DNA from: an uncultured Eubacteriales bacterium | GTDB lineage: Bacteria; Acidobacteriota; Aminicenantia; Aminicenantales; Aminicenantaceae | Length of the DNA stretch: 64,000 bases | Direction of reading: 5' to 3' | NCBI GenBank assembly: GCA_964449165.1 | Contig: CAYVAT010000001.1 | Span: 79,159-143,158 of the forward strand | Part shown: piece after piece, positions 48,651-58,391 of the stretch | How positions within the stretch are numbered: the first letter of the stretch is position 1 | How the letters are laid out: each line of letters starts with the position of its first letter | Notes under the pieces: generated by a model | What the model was told of the DNA's origin: nothing | Database searches by the model: none | The model's input: the letters and a program-made list of their open reading frames with translations, nothing else | Translations under genes and position numbers: made by a program

Positions 48651-50328
48651 CAGCCTCCAGAATCTCATCCTCGGGTACGGTCATGATATCCTTGGATAGG
48701 ACAGTGATGTCAGCCAGCTTGCCAGGTGTTAAGGAGCCGAGGATATCCTCCTGGAAAGCTGCATAAGCTCCGTTTATGGTGTAAGAGCGCAGGGCTTCTT
48801 CCCGGCTCATACGCTGATCAGGATAGAAAACGGTTCCGTCCTTCATCTTCCGCGTCACCGTTGCGTAGAAGCAAGGGATAGGATTAACGTCCTCGACGGG
48901 AGCGTCTGTTCCATTGCAGATAACAGCTCCGGTTTTCATCAGCTTCTGCCACACATAGGCTCCTTCTTCGGCTCTCTTTTCTCCCAGTCTTTTGATAACC
49001 CAGGGTCCATCAGAAGTGCAGTGGATTCCCTGCATAGAAGGGATCACACCCAACTGGCTAAAACGGGGAATATCATCGGGATGGAGATGTTGGGAGTGCT
49101 CGATTCGCCAGCGCAGGTCTTTTTTATCAGGGTGAGCTTTGAACGCTTCTTCGATGATGTTGAGCACCTCTCTATTTCCCCGATCTCCGATGGCATGGAC
49201 ACAAAGTTGAAAATCGTTCTCGATGGCGATTCTGGCGGTTTCTTTGATCACCTCAACGGGAGTGGTGTTTAAGCCGACGCTGGCGGGTAGATCTGTGTAA
49301 GGCTCCAGAAACCAGGCTCCGTGGGCACCCAAGGCGCCATCTATGAGCCGTTTAATCGAACGGACAGTTAAGTGATTATTTCCCAACCCCATAATTCTGT
49401 ATTCGGAGAGGCGATTTTTCAATTGTTCGTTGCTTTCCCGAATCATCACATAGAGCCGGATTCCCAGTTTGCCCTCTTCGGCAAATTCTTTGAAAAGATC
49501 GATGGTTTCAAATGAGGAACTGGCGTCATGAAGAGTAGTGATTCCTTTGGAAAGGCATTCTTGTGCAGCCAGCTCAACCACTTTTCTTTTCTCGGCATCA
49601 ATCTGCTCAGGAGTGCGCTTTTCCTGGTATTGACTTAGGGCCTTGTTCACCAGGTCTTGCGCGGCCTCACGAAACACACCGATGGGATTGCCTTCAGGAT
49701 CTCTGACGATTTCACCTCCGGGAGGATCGGGAGTTTCTTTAGTTACTCCTGCCAGCTCCATGGCTTTGGCGTTGGCAAAGGAAGAGTGGCCGCTGGCATG
49801 GTTCAGCAGAACTGGATTATCAGGAGAAACCTGGCTCAGAGAATGATGATATGGCAGGCTGTCCACATTGGGCTCAGGGATTTTATCCCATTTTTCTTGA
49901 TGCCAGCCCCTGCCCAATATCCACTCTCCCGGCTGAGCTTTTTCTGCAGCCTCTTTAACCATGGCCACTATTCCATCCCAGTTTCTGACATGCATCAGGT
50001 CCAATCTCAGCTTGGCTTGCCCGACACTTGTGAAATGGGCATGGGAATCGATGAATCCAGGGATAACCAGCTTCCCTCCTATGTCAATCACCTTGGTTGT
50101 CTTGGAAATATAGGGATCGATATCTTTGTTACTCCCCACGGCTGCGATGGTATCACCTCGAACAGCTAAGGCTTCTGCCTCTGGCTTTGTTTCATCTACG
50201 GTCACTATTTTGCCATTTATCAAAACGAGGTCTGCTGGTTCTTTCTTCTGTGCACAACTGAAGAAAAGGTTGATAACTGTCATACACAGAACAAAAAGGA
50301 TAAGCTTGGGTATGAATTTTTTAGACAT
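48604..50328 (-). CDS. Amidohydrolase-family metal-dependent hydrolase, lipoprotein
   Basis: A lipobox-like FFSCAQ after the signal peptide. The HxH metal site (FIDSHAHF), a downstream His/Asp pattern and a C-terminal ...VLYTIVGGKILYQK fit the amidohydrolase_3 architecture. 574 aa. A strong AAGGAGG ribosome-binding site is present. Confidence 0.8.
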   Translation of the reverse strand: MSKKFIPKLILFVLCMTVINLFFSCAQKKEPADLVLINGKIVTVDETKPEAEALAVRGDTIAAVGSNKDIDPYISKTTKVIDIGGKLVIPGFIDSHAHFTSVGQAKLRLDLMHVRNWDGIVAMVKEAAEKAQPGEWILGRGWHQEKWDKIPEPNVDSLPYHHSLSQVSPDNPVLLNHASGHSSFANAKAMELAGVTKETPDPPGGEIVRDPEGNPIGVFREAAQDLVNKALSQYQEKRTPEQIDAEKRKVVELAAQECLSKGITTLHDASSSFETIDLFKEFAEEGKLGIRLYVMIRESNEQLKNRLSEYRIMGLGNNHLTVRSIKRLIDGALGAHGAWFLEPYTDLPASVGLNTTPVEVIKETARIAIENDFQLCVHAIGDRGNREVLNIIEEAFKAHPDKKDLRWRIEHSQHLHPDDIPRFSQLGVIPSMQGIHCTSDGPWVIKRLGEKRAEEGAYVWQKLMKTGAVICNGTDAPVEDVNPIPCFYATVTRKMKDGTVFYPDQRMSREEALRSYTINGAYAAFQEDILGSLTPGKLADITVLSKDIMTVPEDEILEAEVLYTIVGGKILYQK

Positions 50329-50462
50329 GATAACCTACCTCCTTGTATGAATTAGCCACTGGTTTTTCGATTGTATAACATTTGTGCTTCAGATGGAAAT
50401 TCGGGACATGTACCGATTTTTTTCAAAATCGGTAACGTATCCCTTGAATTTCATCTATTCTT

Positions 50463-52130
50463 CTATCTTTTCTGCTCGCTTTTCTTGTGGAAATCTTGTT
50501 TTTGACAGAGGATCCATCCATCGGGATCGATTGTGACTTCCAAAGGTTTCTCTGCAAAAGGAAATTCGAAGGTGTTATATTCTTCCTTTATCCAGACCCT
50601 TTTCCTCACTGTGCCAGAAGGAAGTTTTACCTGAACTTCTATGGGCATTTCATAAAGAGGAAAATCTGCCTGAATTTGGCTGATAACAATTTTTACCTTT
50701 CTTTGACCGGATGCATATCCCCATCCAAACTGATAGATGGGAAAGCCGGCTTGATAAATCCATTGATCGAAAAACCATCCCAGGTCTGCACCGTACACCT
50801 GTTCGCACACAGCGCGGAAATCCTCTGTCGTGGCATTGGAGTAGGCATAGTCTTCAGCGTATTTTCTTAAGATTTTCCAAAAGTTTTCTTCCCCAACCAC
50901 GAACCTCAACATATGGAGAACCCAGGCGGCTTTTTCGTATTCGATAACGCAGAAGAGATGCTCAGGCGGCGGATCGAAGATGGGATGCTCCGCACCTCGA
51001 TGACGATTGAAATAGGTATCCTTGAATTCCTTCATCCTCGATTTGAGTCCTTCAAAGCCATGGAGATGCTCGTGCCAGAGGGCATCCGAATAGGTGGCAA
51101 AACCTTCATTCAGCCAGATATCCGCCCAATCGGCTGGAGTGACCAAGTCTCCCCACCATTGATGGGCCAATTCGTGAGCAATGATCCAATCATAGCGGTG
51201 ATCTCCGGTAACTAGCGTCGAGGAGTAAGAAGTGCAGGTCTGATGCTCCATGGATGCACCTCCCGGAATTGTAGCCATTCCGTATTTCTCATCCAAGAAA
51301 GGATATTCGCCGAAGGCTTCCGAGAAAAATTCGATCATGGGGACTGTTACCGAGAAATCTTCCAGCGCCTGGGAAAGATGTTCTGGGTAGGCAAAGTAAA
51401 GAACATCCATGGCTTGTGTGTCTGAAGAATAAGAATCAGAAAACGATTCATAGTTGGTAGCTGCCACTGAAATCAGATAAGTGGCGATGGGATAATTCTC
51501 TTTCCAGTAATAAGTCACGGTTCCATCGGTGTTTTCAGTGATGTCCATAAGATTTCCGTTTGAAGCGACCGTCATCCAACCCGGGACCGTGATCCTCATT
51601 TCGACTGTAGCTTTATCTGAAGGAAGATCAAAGCAGGGGAACCACTGGCGGGCTTCGATTGGTTCATCCAGACTCCAGATGATGGGTTGATCCTGATGAT
51701 AGGAGAAATTAAGCCCGGATTGAGGATAGCCTTGATAGCTTACCATGATCTCGAACTGCTCATCTAGCTGATACTGTCGATCCAGGAAGATATCAAGCTG
51801 CTCATCCTGATGCACAAAACTCAGTGAATTTCCGTTTTGATTGATCTGAGTCACCATCATGTTATCCGCCAGATGAAGAGTGATTTCTACGAGATTATCC
51901 ATGAGGCTTTGTGCCAGGATTATGGCTTTTCCTTGCATACTTTGGGAGTCAAAGTCAATTTTCCACTCGAATTGATAGTGGATGATATCGAAGACGTGTT
52001 CTGGAGCCTGAGCGAGAAGTTCCCGGAAGTCATACTTCAAGCCTTGCTTATGAAAAGAAATCTCTTGGGTAAAAAGTGAATTGAGAAAAAGGATAAGGAG
52101 GGCAATAACGAGAGCTGTAATTCTTTTCAT
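50463..52130 (-). CDS. M1 family aminopeptidase (aminopeptidase N-like), secreted
   Basis: HELAHQWWGD (HExxH) and NEGFATY (a conserved Glu ligand roughly 18 residues downstream), plus a signal peptide. 555 aa. Confidence 0.85.
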   Translation of the reverse strand: MKRITALVIALLILFLNSLFTQEISFHKQGLKYDFRELLAQAPEHVFDIIHYQFEWKIDFDSQSMQGKAIILAQSLMDNLVEITLHLADNMMVTQINQNGNSLSFVHQDEQLDIFLDRQYQLDEQFEIMVSYQGYPQSGLNFSYHQDQPIIWSLDEPIEARQWFPCFDLPSDKATVEMRITVPGWMTVASNGNLMDITENTDGTVTYYWKENYPIATYLISVAATNYESFSDSYSSDTQAMDVLYFAYPEHLSQALEDFSVTVPMIEFFSEAFGEYPFLDEKYGMATIPGGASMEHQTCTSYSSTLVTGDHRYDWIIAHELAHQWWGDLVTPADWADIWLNEGFATYSDALWHEHLHGFEGLKSRMKEFKDTYFNRHRGAEHPIFDPPPEHLFCVIEYEKAAWVLHMLRFVVGEENFWKILRKYAEDYAYSNATTEDFRAVCEQVYGADLGWFFDQWIYQAGFPIYQFGWGYASGQRKVKIVISQIQADFPLYEMPIEVQVKLPSGTVRKRVWIKEEYNTFEFPFAEKPLEVTIDPDGWILCQKQDFHKKSEQKR

Positions 52131-52453
52131 AGACCATTTATTATAGGCTTTTTATTCCGCTACAGGCAATCACAAAGACGGGAGCAAAAAAAAGAATTGA
52201 TGTGATAAAAACTCTGTTTGACTCATGACTGAGGAATTGTTATTTTATGATCTGCAGAAAGGTCATGGATAACAATCCTTCCTTTAAGCAGCTTTCAATC
52301 TATTGGTGTAATCCATTTCTTGTATTTTCCTTCAAACCTCAAGAGACAAAAATCCATTGTTTGGAAAAAGGATTAACTTTTCACATACGATGTAACGAAA
52401 ATATTAAAGGAAAGGTATTTATTTTTAAAAAGATATAAATTAAGGAGGCAAGT

Positions 52454-53986
52454 ATGAGGAAGTATTTTAAACCTATTCCTCGGAGAAAGTTTTTAAAAGC
52501 AGGTCTAACAGGCGGAGTGATTGCAGCAACGCTTCCTGTATGGAAGCTTTTTTCTTTTACTGACCCTCCCCAGGATTTTCATGTCAATCCTGCTTGTAAC
52601 CTCTCCAAGGAAACTCTGGAAAAACTGATCAAGATTGCGCTTCAGAGAGGTGGTGAATTTGCGGAAGTGTACGTGGAATACAACGTGGGAAATCAGATTT
52701 ATCTGGAAGAGAATAAGATCTATGGAGCGGGAAGAGGAGTGGATATGGGTGTTGGCATCCGAGTTCTTCACGGCGAAAAAACAGGATACGCCTACTCAGA
52801 TGATCTGGATTTTGAAAAGCTTAAACAGACAGCAGAGGTGGCCAGCTTTATTGCCGCTGAAACAGAAGTCAAGGAGCCTGTGGGATTGAAAGCTCAAAAG
52901 ATACCCCAGTACTACATGGTCAAGGTATCTCCTGATAGCATCGTTCCCAAAGATAAAGCCAAGCTCCTCTGGAAAGCGAATTCTGTAGGCCGGGAATACG
53001 ATCAAAGAATCAACCAGGTTAATGTCAGCTTCGCCGATACCAACAAGAAAATCATCATCGCCAACTCAGAGGGAACATGGGTGGAAGATGTACAGACTCT
53101 ATCCAGACTGCTTGTGAGCATCAATGCCATCGAGGGCGAAAAGCGCAGCCGCGGTTATGCCTACAAGGATGGGACACTCGGTTATGAACATTACGATTTA
53201 AAGGTCGCCGAAGAGCTGGCCAGAGAGGCAGGGAGGATAGCCATAGCCATGCTCCCGGCTGAGAGCGCTCCAGCAGGAGAATACCCGATTGTGATGGCCA
53301 AAGGGCACTGCGGCACGTTTTTCCACGAGGCTATTGGGCATAGCCTGGAAAGTGACGGCATTCGGAAGAAGACGTCCTGCTTTTGGGATAAAAAAGGGAA
53401 AATGATTGCCTCTGAAGTTACTTCTCTTGCTGATGATGGGACTGTGCCTGGATCACGAGGAACCATCAATGTCGATGATGAGGGAACTCCGGGCCAAAAA
53501 ACTATTCTTATCGATAAGGGGAAATGCGTCAATTTCCTCTACGATCGGTTGAACGCCAAACTGATGAAGGCGCAGTTAACCGGAAACGGAAGGAGAGAAT
53601 CCTACCAGCATTATCCCATCCCCAGGATGACCAATACCTATCTTTTAGCCGGAAATGATGACCCTGAGGAGATCGTAAAATCCATAAAGAAAGGAATGTA
53701 CATAGCTCGGATCGGGGGAGGAAATGTCTCTTGGGTTACAGGGCGGTTTGTTTTTTCTGTTCCTGAAGGATATCTCATCGAGGACGGCAAAGTGACTAAA
53801 CCACTCAAGGGTATTCAGCTCATGGGGAGGGGACCTGAGGTCTTGATGAATATCGTCATGGTAGGCCCAGACTTGGAGATCTGGGGCGGTGGTACCTGCG
53901 GTAAAGATGGCCAAGGCAAACCTGTCTCTGACGGGAATCCAACCCTGAAGGTTTCCAAAATCACCATCGGCGGAGCAAAGGTGTAA
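52454..53986 (+). CDS. tldD: TldD-family metalloprotease with twin-arginine (Tat) signal peptide
   Basis: MRKYFKPIPRRKFLKAGLTGGVIAATLPVW has the RRxFLK Tat motif plus an h-region. HEAIGHSLE is the TldD HExxxH. 510 aa. Confidence 0.85.
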   Translation: MRKYFKPIPRRKFLKAGLTGGVIAATLPVWKLFSFTDPPQDFHVNPACNLSKETLEKLIKIALQRGGEFAEVYVEYNVGNQIYLEENKIYGAGRGVDMGVGIRVLHGEKTGYAYSDDLDFEKLKQTAEVASFIAAETEVKEPVGLKAQKIPQYYMVKVSPDSIVPKDKAKLLWKANSVGREYDQRINQVNVSFADTNKKIIIANSEGTWVEDVQTLSRLLVSINAIEGEKRSRGYAYKDGTLGYEHYDLKVAEELAREAGRIAIAMLPAESAPAGEYPIVMAKGHCGTFFHEAIGHSLESDGIRKKTSCFWDKKGKMIASEVTSLADDGTVPGSRGTINVDDEGTPGQKTILIDKGKCVNFLYDRLNAKLMKAQLTGNGRRESYQHYPIPRMTNTYLLAGNDDPEEIVKSIKKGMYIARIGGGNVSWVTGRFVFSVPEGYLIEDGKVTKPLKGIQLMGRGPEVLMNIVMVGPDLEIWGGGTCGKDGQGKPVSDGNPTLKVSKITIGGAKV

Positions 53987-53997
53987 AGGAGGGGAAA

Positions 53998-55341
53998 ATG
54001 GATTACAAGAGTTTGGCTGAAGATATCATAAAAAAGGCATTGAAATTAGGAGCGGATGAGGCCGAAGTTTATCTGGAAACCAACCGTGATTTTGAGCTTA
54101 CAGTCAGGAATGGAGATGTGGAAACCATCAAGCAGGCCACTTCCAAAGGTATTGGCTTGACTGTATTCAATGAAAAAAAACTCGGGTTCTCCTATACATC
54201 TGATTTTTCGGATCAATCTGTGGATGAATTCACAAAAAAGACCATCCAGCTTTCCGAAGTGGCAGATCCTAAACCGTGGAACGGCCTTCCTGATTGCGAG
54301 AAGCAGGAACCGAAAGATCTTGACCTCTACGACCCGTCCGTCGCAGAGATCCCCAACGAGAAGAAGATCAAGATGGCCAAGGAAGCCGAGAAGATTGCTT
54401 TGGCCTATGATAAAAGGATCACCAAATCCGAAGGAGGGTATTTCGGAGATTCTGAAACAGGAATTATCCTGGTCAATTCCAAGGGTCTTTCTCGATCATC
54501 TAAAAGAACAGGAGTTTATTTTGGAGTGGGAGTCGTTGCCGGAGAAGGAAATGATATGCAGTCAGGATGGTGGAGCAGTTCCAAAAGGCACTTTCCAGAC
54601 TTGGATAACATCGAGAATGTGGCCAAGACAGCCGGCAAAAGAGCTGTAGAAAAGTTGGGCGCAAAACCTGTCGAGACCCAAAAAGCACCCGTTGTTTTTG
54701 ACAGGTATGGCGCAGGTGCATTCTGGTATGGGATCTTATTCGCCATGATGGGAGATAGTGTTTACAAGAAGACTACCTTCTTGATGGATTATTTGAACAA
54801 GTCCATTGCTCCTGACTTCATTACCCTGGTAGATGATCCCACCATTCCCAGACACATCTCCTCAGTTCCTTTTGACGGAGAAGGTAAAGTCACCCAGAAG
54901 AATGTTCTCCTCGAAAAGGGAATGCTGAAGATGTTTATCTATGACACCATCATCGCCAGAAAAGCAGGTGTAAAGGTCAACACCATTGCCAGGAGGTCTG
55001 GATACCGTTCTATCCCATCTGCCGGGTTCTTGAATGTCATCATTCAAAATGGAACAGTAAACAGAGACAAGATCATCTCTGAGATCAAGAACGGCTTCTT
55101 TGTTACAGGACTAAGAGGCATAGGCACAGATATTCCCACCGGAAATTATTCCTGTGGTGCTTCTGGCTTTTGGATAAAAGATGGGGAGGTAGCTTTTCCC
55201 GTGGACGGAATCACACTGGGAGGAAATGCCACCGATATCCTTAAGAATATAGAAGTTGTGGCTGATGACCTTGATATAAGAGGTGGATTGAACACTCCTT
55301 CTTTTAAAGTCTCTGAGATGATAATAGGTGGGAAAAAGTAA
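53998..55341 (+). CDS. TldE/PmbA-family protein (TldD partner), no signal peptide
   Basis: PmbA/TldD fold. It starts 12 nt after tldD with AAAGGAGGGG. 447 aa. Confidence 0.8.
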   Translation: MDYKSLAEDIIKKALKLGADEAEVYLETNRDFELTVRNGDVETIKQATSKGIGLTVFNEKKLGFSYTSDFSDQSVDEFTKKTIQLSEVADPKPWNGLPDCEKQEPKDLDLYDPSVAEIPNEKKIKMAKEAEKIALAYDKRITKSEGGYFGDSETGIILVNSKGLSRSSKRTGVYFGVGVVAGEGNDMQSGWWSSSKRHFPDLDNIENVAKTAGKRAVEKLGAKPVETQKAPVVFDRYGAGAFWYGILFAMMGDSVYKKTTFLMDYLNKSIAPDFITLVDDPTIPRHISSVPFDGEGKVTQKNVLLEKGMLKMFIYDTIIARKAGVKVNTIARRSGYRSIPSAGFLNVIIQNGTVNRDKIISEIKNGFFVTGLRGIGTDIPTGNYSCGASGFWIKDGEVAFPVDGITLGGNATDILKNIEVVADDLDIRGGLNTPSFKVSEMIIGGKK

Positions 55342-55509
55342 ATGTTTTATCCAGCTTCTCTCGGATGATTGCATCCTGGAAGCTGGGCAGTTCAGAGATT
55401 TTTAGCCTGATGTCCAGACTTCGATAAGAAAGGAAAAAGAAAGCCATTTAAAGTTAAATCTTGTGATGATTTCTATTTGAGAGAAAAAGAACAGTAAACT
55501 TACTCATCA

Positions 55510-57075
55510 ATGACGCTGTATGGTATCCTCTCCAGCACAGCAAGGTCCCATCCTGAGAAGTTGGCTGTGGTATGTGGCCAGAAAAGATACAGCTACGCAC
55601 AGTTCAGGCAAAGGGTGGATAGACTTGCTTTGGTTTTTCAATCTTTAGGTATACGGAAAGATGATAAAATTGCAGTGATTCACCAGAACTGCCATCGCTT
55701 CCTGGAAGCTTATTTTGCAGCGGCCAAGATAGGAGCGGTTATTGTTCCCATTAATTACAGACTGGCATCGCAGGATTTCGTCTTTATCCTCAACGACTCC
55801 CAGGCTAAGCTCCTCATAGCTCAGCTCCATCTTGTATCCTCGGTTGTTGGGAGGAGAAAGGTTCTGCCTCTGTTGAAAAATGTAATTTTTACGGAACCTT
55901 TCGATGCAAAATGGAAGGATTCAGGATTTTTTGGATACGATCAGTTGTTGCAGCAGATAGACGAAAGAGAGAGATATTCCCCGGAGATCGAAGAAGGGGA
56001 CATGGCTCAAATATACTACACCAGCGGCACGACAGGAAGGCCAAAAGGCGTGATCCTCACCCATAAGAACAACCTGGTGCATGCAGAAGGAACAATCTTG
56101 GAGCTGGGTCTCTCCTCCAGTGATTACTGGCTTCATGTTTCGCCGATGTTCCACTTGGCAGATGCATGGGCTGTATGGTCCGTGACCAAGGTAGCAGCCA
56201 CGCATGTAATGGTCCCCTGTTTTGAACCAAAACAGGTTTTGGAAGCTATAGAAGAACACAAGGTTACCTTGAGCAACTTCATACCCACCATGCTTAATGT
56301 CTTGGTCAACACTCCAGATATCAAGAGTTATGATTTTTCTTCTTTGAGATTGATACTCAGCGGGGGGGCGCCTATCGCTAAAGCAGTGGTAAGAAAGGTG
56401 GTGGAGATATTTGGATGTGACTACATCCAGACCTATGGTCTGACCGAGACCAGTCCTTTTTTAACAATGTCGATTCTCAGAGATGAGATGAAGCACCTTC
56501 CCTTTGAAGAGAGGCTTAGATACATGGTTACTACAGGCAGGCCATTCTACAATGTAGAGCTTAGAGTAGTAAGAGAGGATGGCAGCGAGGTCCTCTCAGA
56601 TGAGAAGGAGGTGGGAGAGATTGTGGTCAAGGGTCCGACCATCACTGCCGGATATTGGAACTTACCTGAGGAAACCTCAAAACGCATCAAAGATGGCTGG
56701 CTCCAAACCAGGGATTTGGCAGTAGTAAATCCAGAAGGGTATGTAACCATCGTGGATAGAAAGGACGACATGATTATCACTGGCGGGGAAAAGGTCTACT
56801 CCATCGAAGTGGAAAGTGTTCTCTACTCACATCCGTCCATCTTGGAGGTTGCAGTTATCGGGCTTGAACATCCTCTTTGGGGAGAGAGTATAACCGCTGT
56901 CGTTGTCCCCAAGGCTGGGGAAAAGATCTGTGAAGAGGAGGTGGTTACCTTCTGCAAGGAGAGGTTAGCGCATTTTAAGGCGCCTAAGAAAGTGATTTTA
57001 GCAAAGCAGTTGCCAAAAACAGGTTCTGCCAAGATTTATAAATATAAATTACGAGAAATTTATGGAAAGGAGTAA
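55510..57075 (+). CDS. AMP-dependent acyl-CoA synthetase/ligase (fatty-acid--CoA ligase-like)
   Basis: AMP-binding signature YTSGTTGRPKGV; 521 aa; C-terminal ...GKIYKYKLRE. Confidence 0.8.
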   Translation: MTLYGILSSTARSHPEKLAVVCGQKRYSYAQFRQRVDRLALVFQSLGIRKDDKIAVIHQNCHRFLEAYFAAAKIGAVIVPINYRLASQDFVFILNDSQAKLLIAQLHLVSSVVGRRKVLPLLKNVIFTEPFDAKWKDSGFFGYDQLLQQIDERERYSPEIEEGDMAQIYYTSGTTGRPKGVILTHKNNLVHAEGTILELGLSSSDYWLHVSPMFHLADAWAVWSVTKVAATHVMVPCFEPKQVLEAIEEHKVTLSNFIPTMLNVLVNTPDIKSYDFSSLRLILSGGAPIAKAVVRKVVEIFGCDYIQTYGLTETSPFLTMSILRDEMKHLPFEERLRYMVTTGRPFYNVELRVVREDGSEVLSDEKEVGEIVVKGPTITAGYWNLPEETSKRIKDGWLQTRDLAVVNPEGYVTIVDRKDDMIITGGEKVYSIEVESVLYSHPSILEVAVIGLEHPLWGESITAVVVPKAGEKICEEEVVTFCKERLAHFKAPKKVILAKQLPKTGSAKIYKYKLREIYGKE

Positions 57076-57201
57076 AGAAAGAAATTCTTGCTTTTCTGGA
57101 TGAATTATCTGATAATTATAGCTTCCTGACGTTCACTTCTTTGAGTTAAAAACAAAAAGGGGTGTTTCGTTTCAGGGAGAGATATATTTTCGAGGTGTAC
57201 T

Positions 57202-57456
57202 ATGTCATTTCAGATTTATGTGGGCAACATTTCCTATGGGATGAGAGAGGATACTCTTAAAGAGCTTTTTGAGCAGTACGGCGAGGTGACTTCAGTAAAG
57301 ATCGTTAAAGATCGGATGACCGGAAGATCCAGAGGTTTTGGTTTTGTAGAGATGTCCGATAAAGATGAAGCAGAAAAAGCCATCGAAGCCCTGAACGGGA
57401 CTGATGTAGACGGTAGAAACATCAGGGTCAATGTTGCTCGATCAAGAAGAGAATAG
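57202..57456 (+). CDS. RRM-type RNA-binding protein
   Basis: RNP-2 IYVGNI and RNP-1 RGFGFVEM. 84 aa. Confidence 0.85.
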   Translation: MSFQIYVGNISYGMREDTLKELFEQYGEVTSVKIVKDRMTGRSRGFGFVEMSDKDEAEKAIEALNGTDVDGRNIRVNVARSRRE

Positions 57457-57482
57457 GGAATTGAATTTTTAAAGTGAGGGTA

Positions 57483-57691
57483 ATGGGAAAAAAAGTAAAG
57501 AGCGGAGATTCAGTCAGAATTTTCTACGCAGGGAATTTCGGGGAATGAAGTTTCAACTCACTGATAAGTAGGGAGATGCTTTGTTGGTTGTGGTGAAAGA
57601 AGTACTTGACCAATCGATTAAATTGGACACTATTTATCCGCTTGCCGGAAAGACTCTTGTTTTTGATATAAAGCTTAAAGAGACACTCTGA
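57483..57691 (+). pseudogene. FKBP-type peptidyl-prolyl isomerase (SlyD/FkpB-like) remnant with internal deletion and frameshift
   Basis: The N-terminal piece MGKKVKSGDSVRIFYAGNFGE* spans 57483-57548 (compare MK.EKGD.V.VHY.G.L.DG). The C-terminal piece in another frame, ...VKEVLDQSIKLDTIYPLAGKTLVFDIKLKETL*, spans 57572-57691 (compare ...HPLAGKTLVFDVELVEI). The ~80-aa central PPIase core is missing. GAGGG SD at the start. Confidence 0.55.
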
Positions 57692-57988
57692 AGCTTGAAG
57701 TATAATCTTTGTCTTTTAAGGAATATACTTCACTCCCGCTTCTTTACCAAATCTCGCTTTCAGGATAAAAATAACAAAATCCCGCTCTTTCTCTCTTGTG
57801 ACTTTATAAGCGGCCAGTGGGGACATCTTTCCTCTTTCTCTGCCTCAAATGGAGGCTTTAATCTAGACCTATTTTTCTGCCTTTGTGAAATTGATTGTTA
57901 ATATCCAGAAGTGTATGGAAAACAGGGGCTTTTATTTGACTGTACGTTTTCTTTGCAATAAGCTTCTTTAGGGAAAACAGAAAGAGAG

Positions 57989-58381
57989 ATGTATGCCTTT
58001 CTGGATAAATTCTTCTTTATCTTCCATTCCGCTCTCATGATTTTTATTCTTTTTGGCTGGACATGGAAGAAGACCAGATTGGCCAATCTTATCGTGATCT
58101 TGTTGACAGCATTTTCCTGGTTTGTGTTGGGGATATGGTATGGGTTCGGCTTTTGTCCGAGTACAGAGTGGCACTGGCAGGTCAGGGAAAAGTTGGGACA
58201 TTACCATATGCCCACTTCTTACACCAAATTCCTCGTTGATTCCCTCACCGGTCTCGATGTGAGTCAGAAGATTGTAGATGTTTTTGCAGTTCTTTTTTTG
58301 ATACTGGCCTTTATCAGCTCAGTTTGGATGAATGTGAAGGATTTGAGAAAAAGGAAAAAAAATGAAAAGAGAAATGGCTAA
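57989..58381 (+). CDS. DUF2784-family small membrane protein
   Basis: Three or four TM segments and an FGFCPSTEWHWQVREKLG motif resembling the CPLT..E..LR core of DUF2784. 130 aa. Confidence 0.55.
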   Translation: MYAFLDKFFFIFHSALMIFILFGWTWKKTRLANLIVILLTAFSWFVLGIWYGFGFCPSTEWHWQVREKLGHYHMPTSYTKFLVDSLTGLDVSQKIVDVFAVLFLILAFISSVWMNVKDLRKRKKNEKRNG

Positions 58382-58391
58382 CCCTAAAGTT

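Noticed and set aside
49657-54649. ORFs 49657-50169(+), 50487-50870(+), 54170-54649(+)
   Set aside because: They lie opposite or out of frame relative to the amidohydrolase, M1 peptidase and TldE genes.
57457-57700. Possibility that the FKBP region is an sRNA or attenuator rather than a pseudogene
   Set aside because: Both ends show specific protein-level similarity to the FKBP N- and C-termini, and the GAGGG RBS is correctly spaced. A decayed gene explains the region better.
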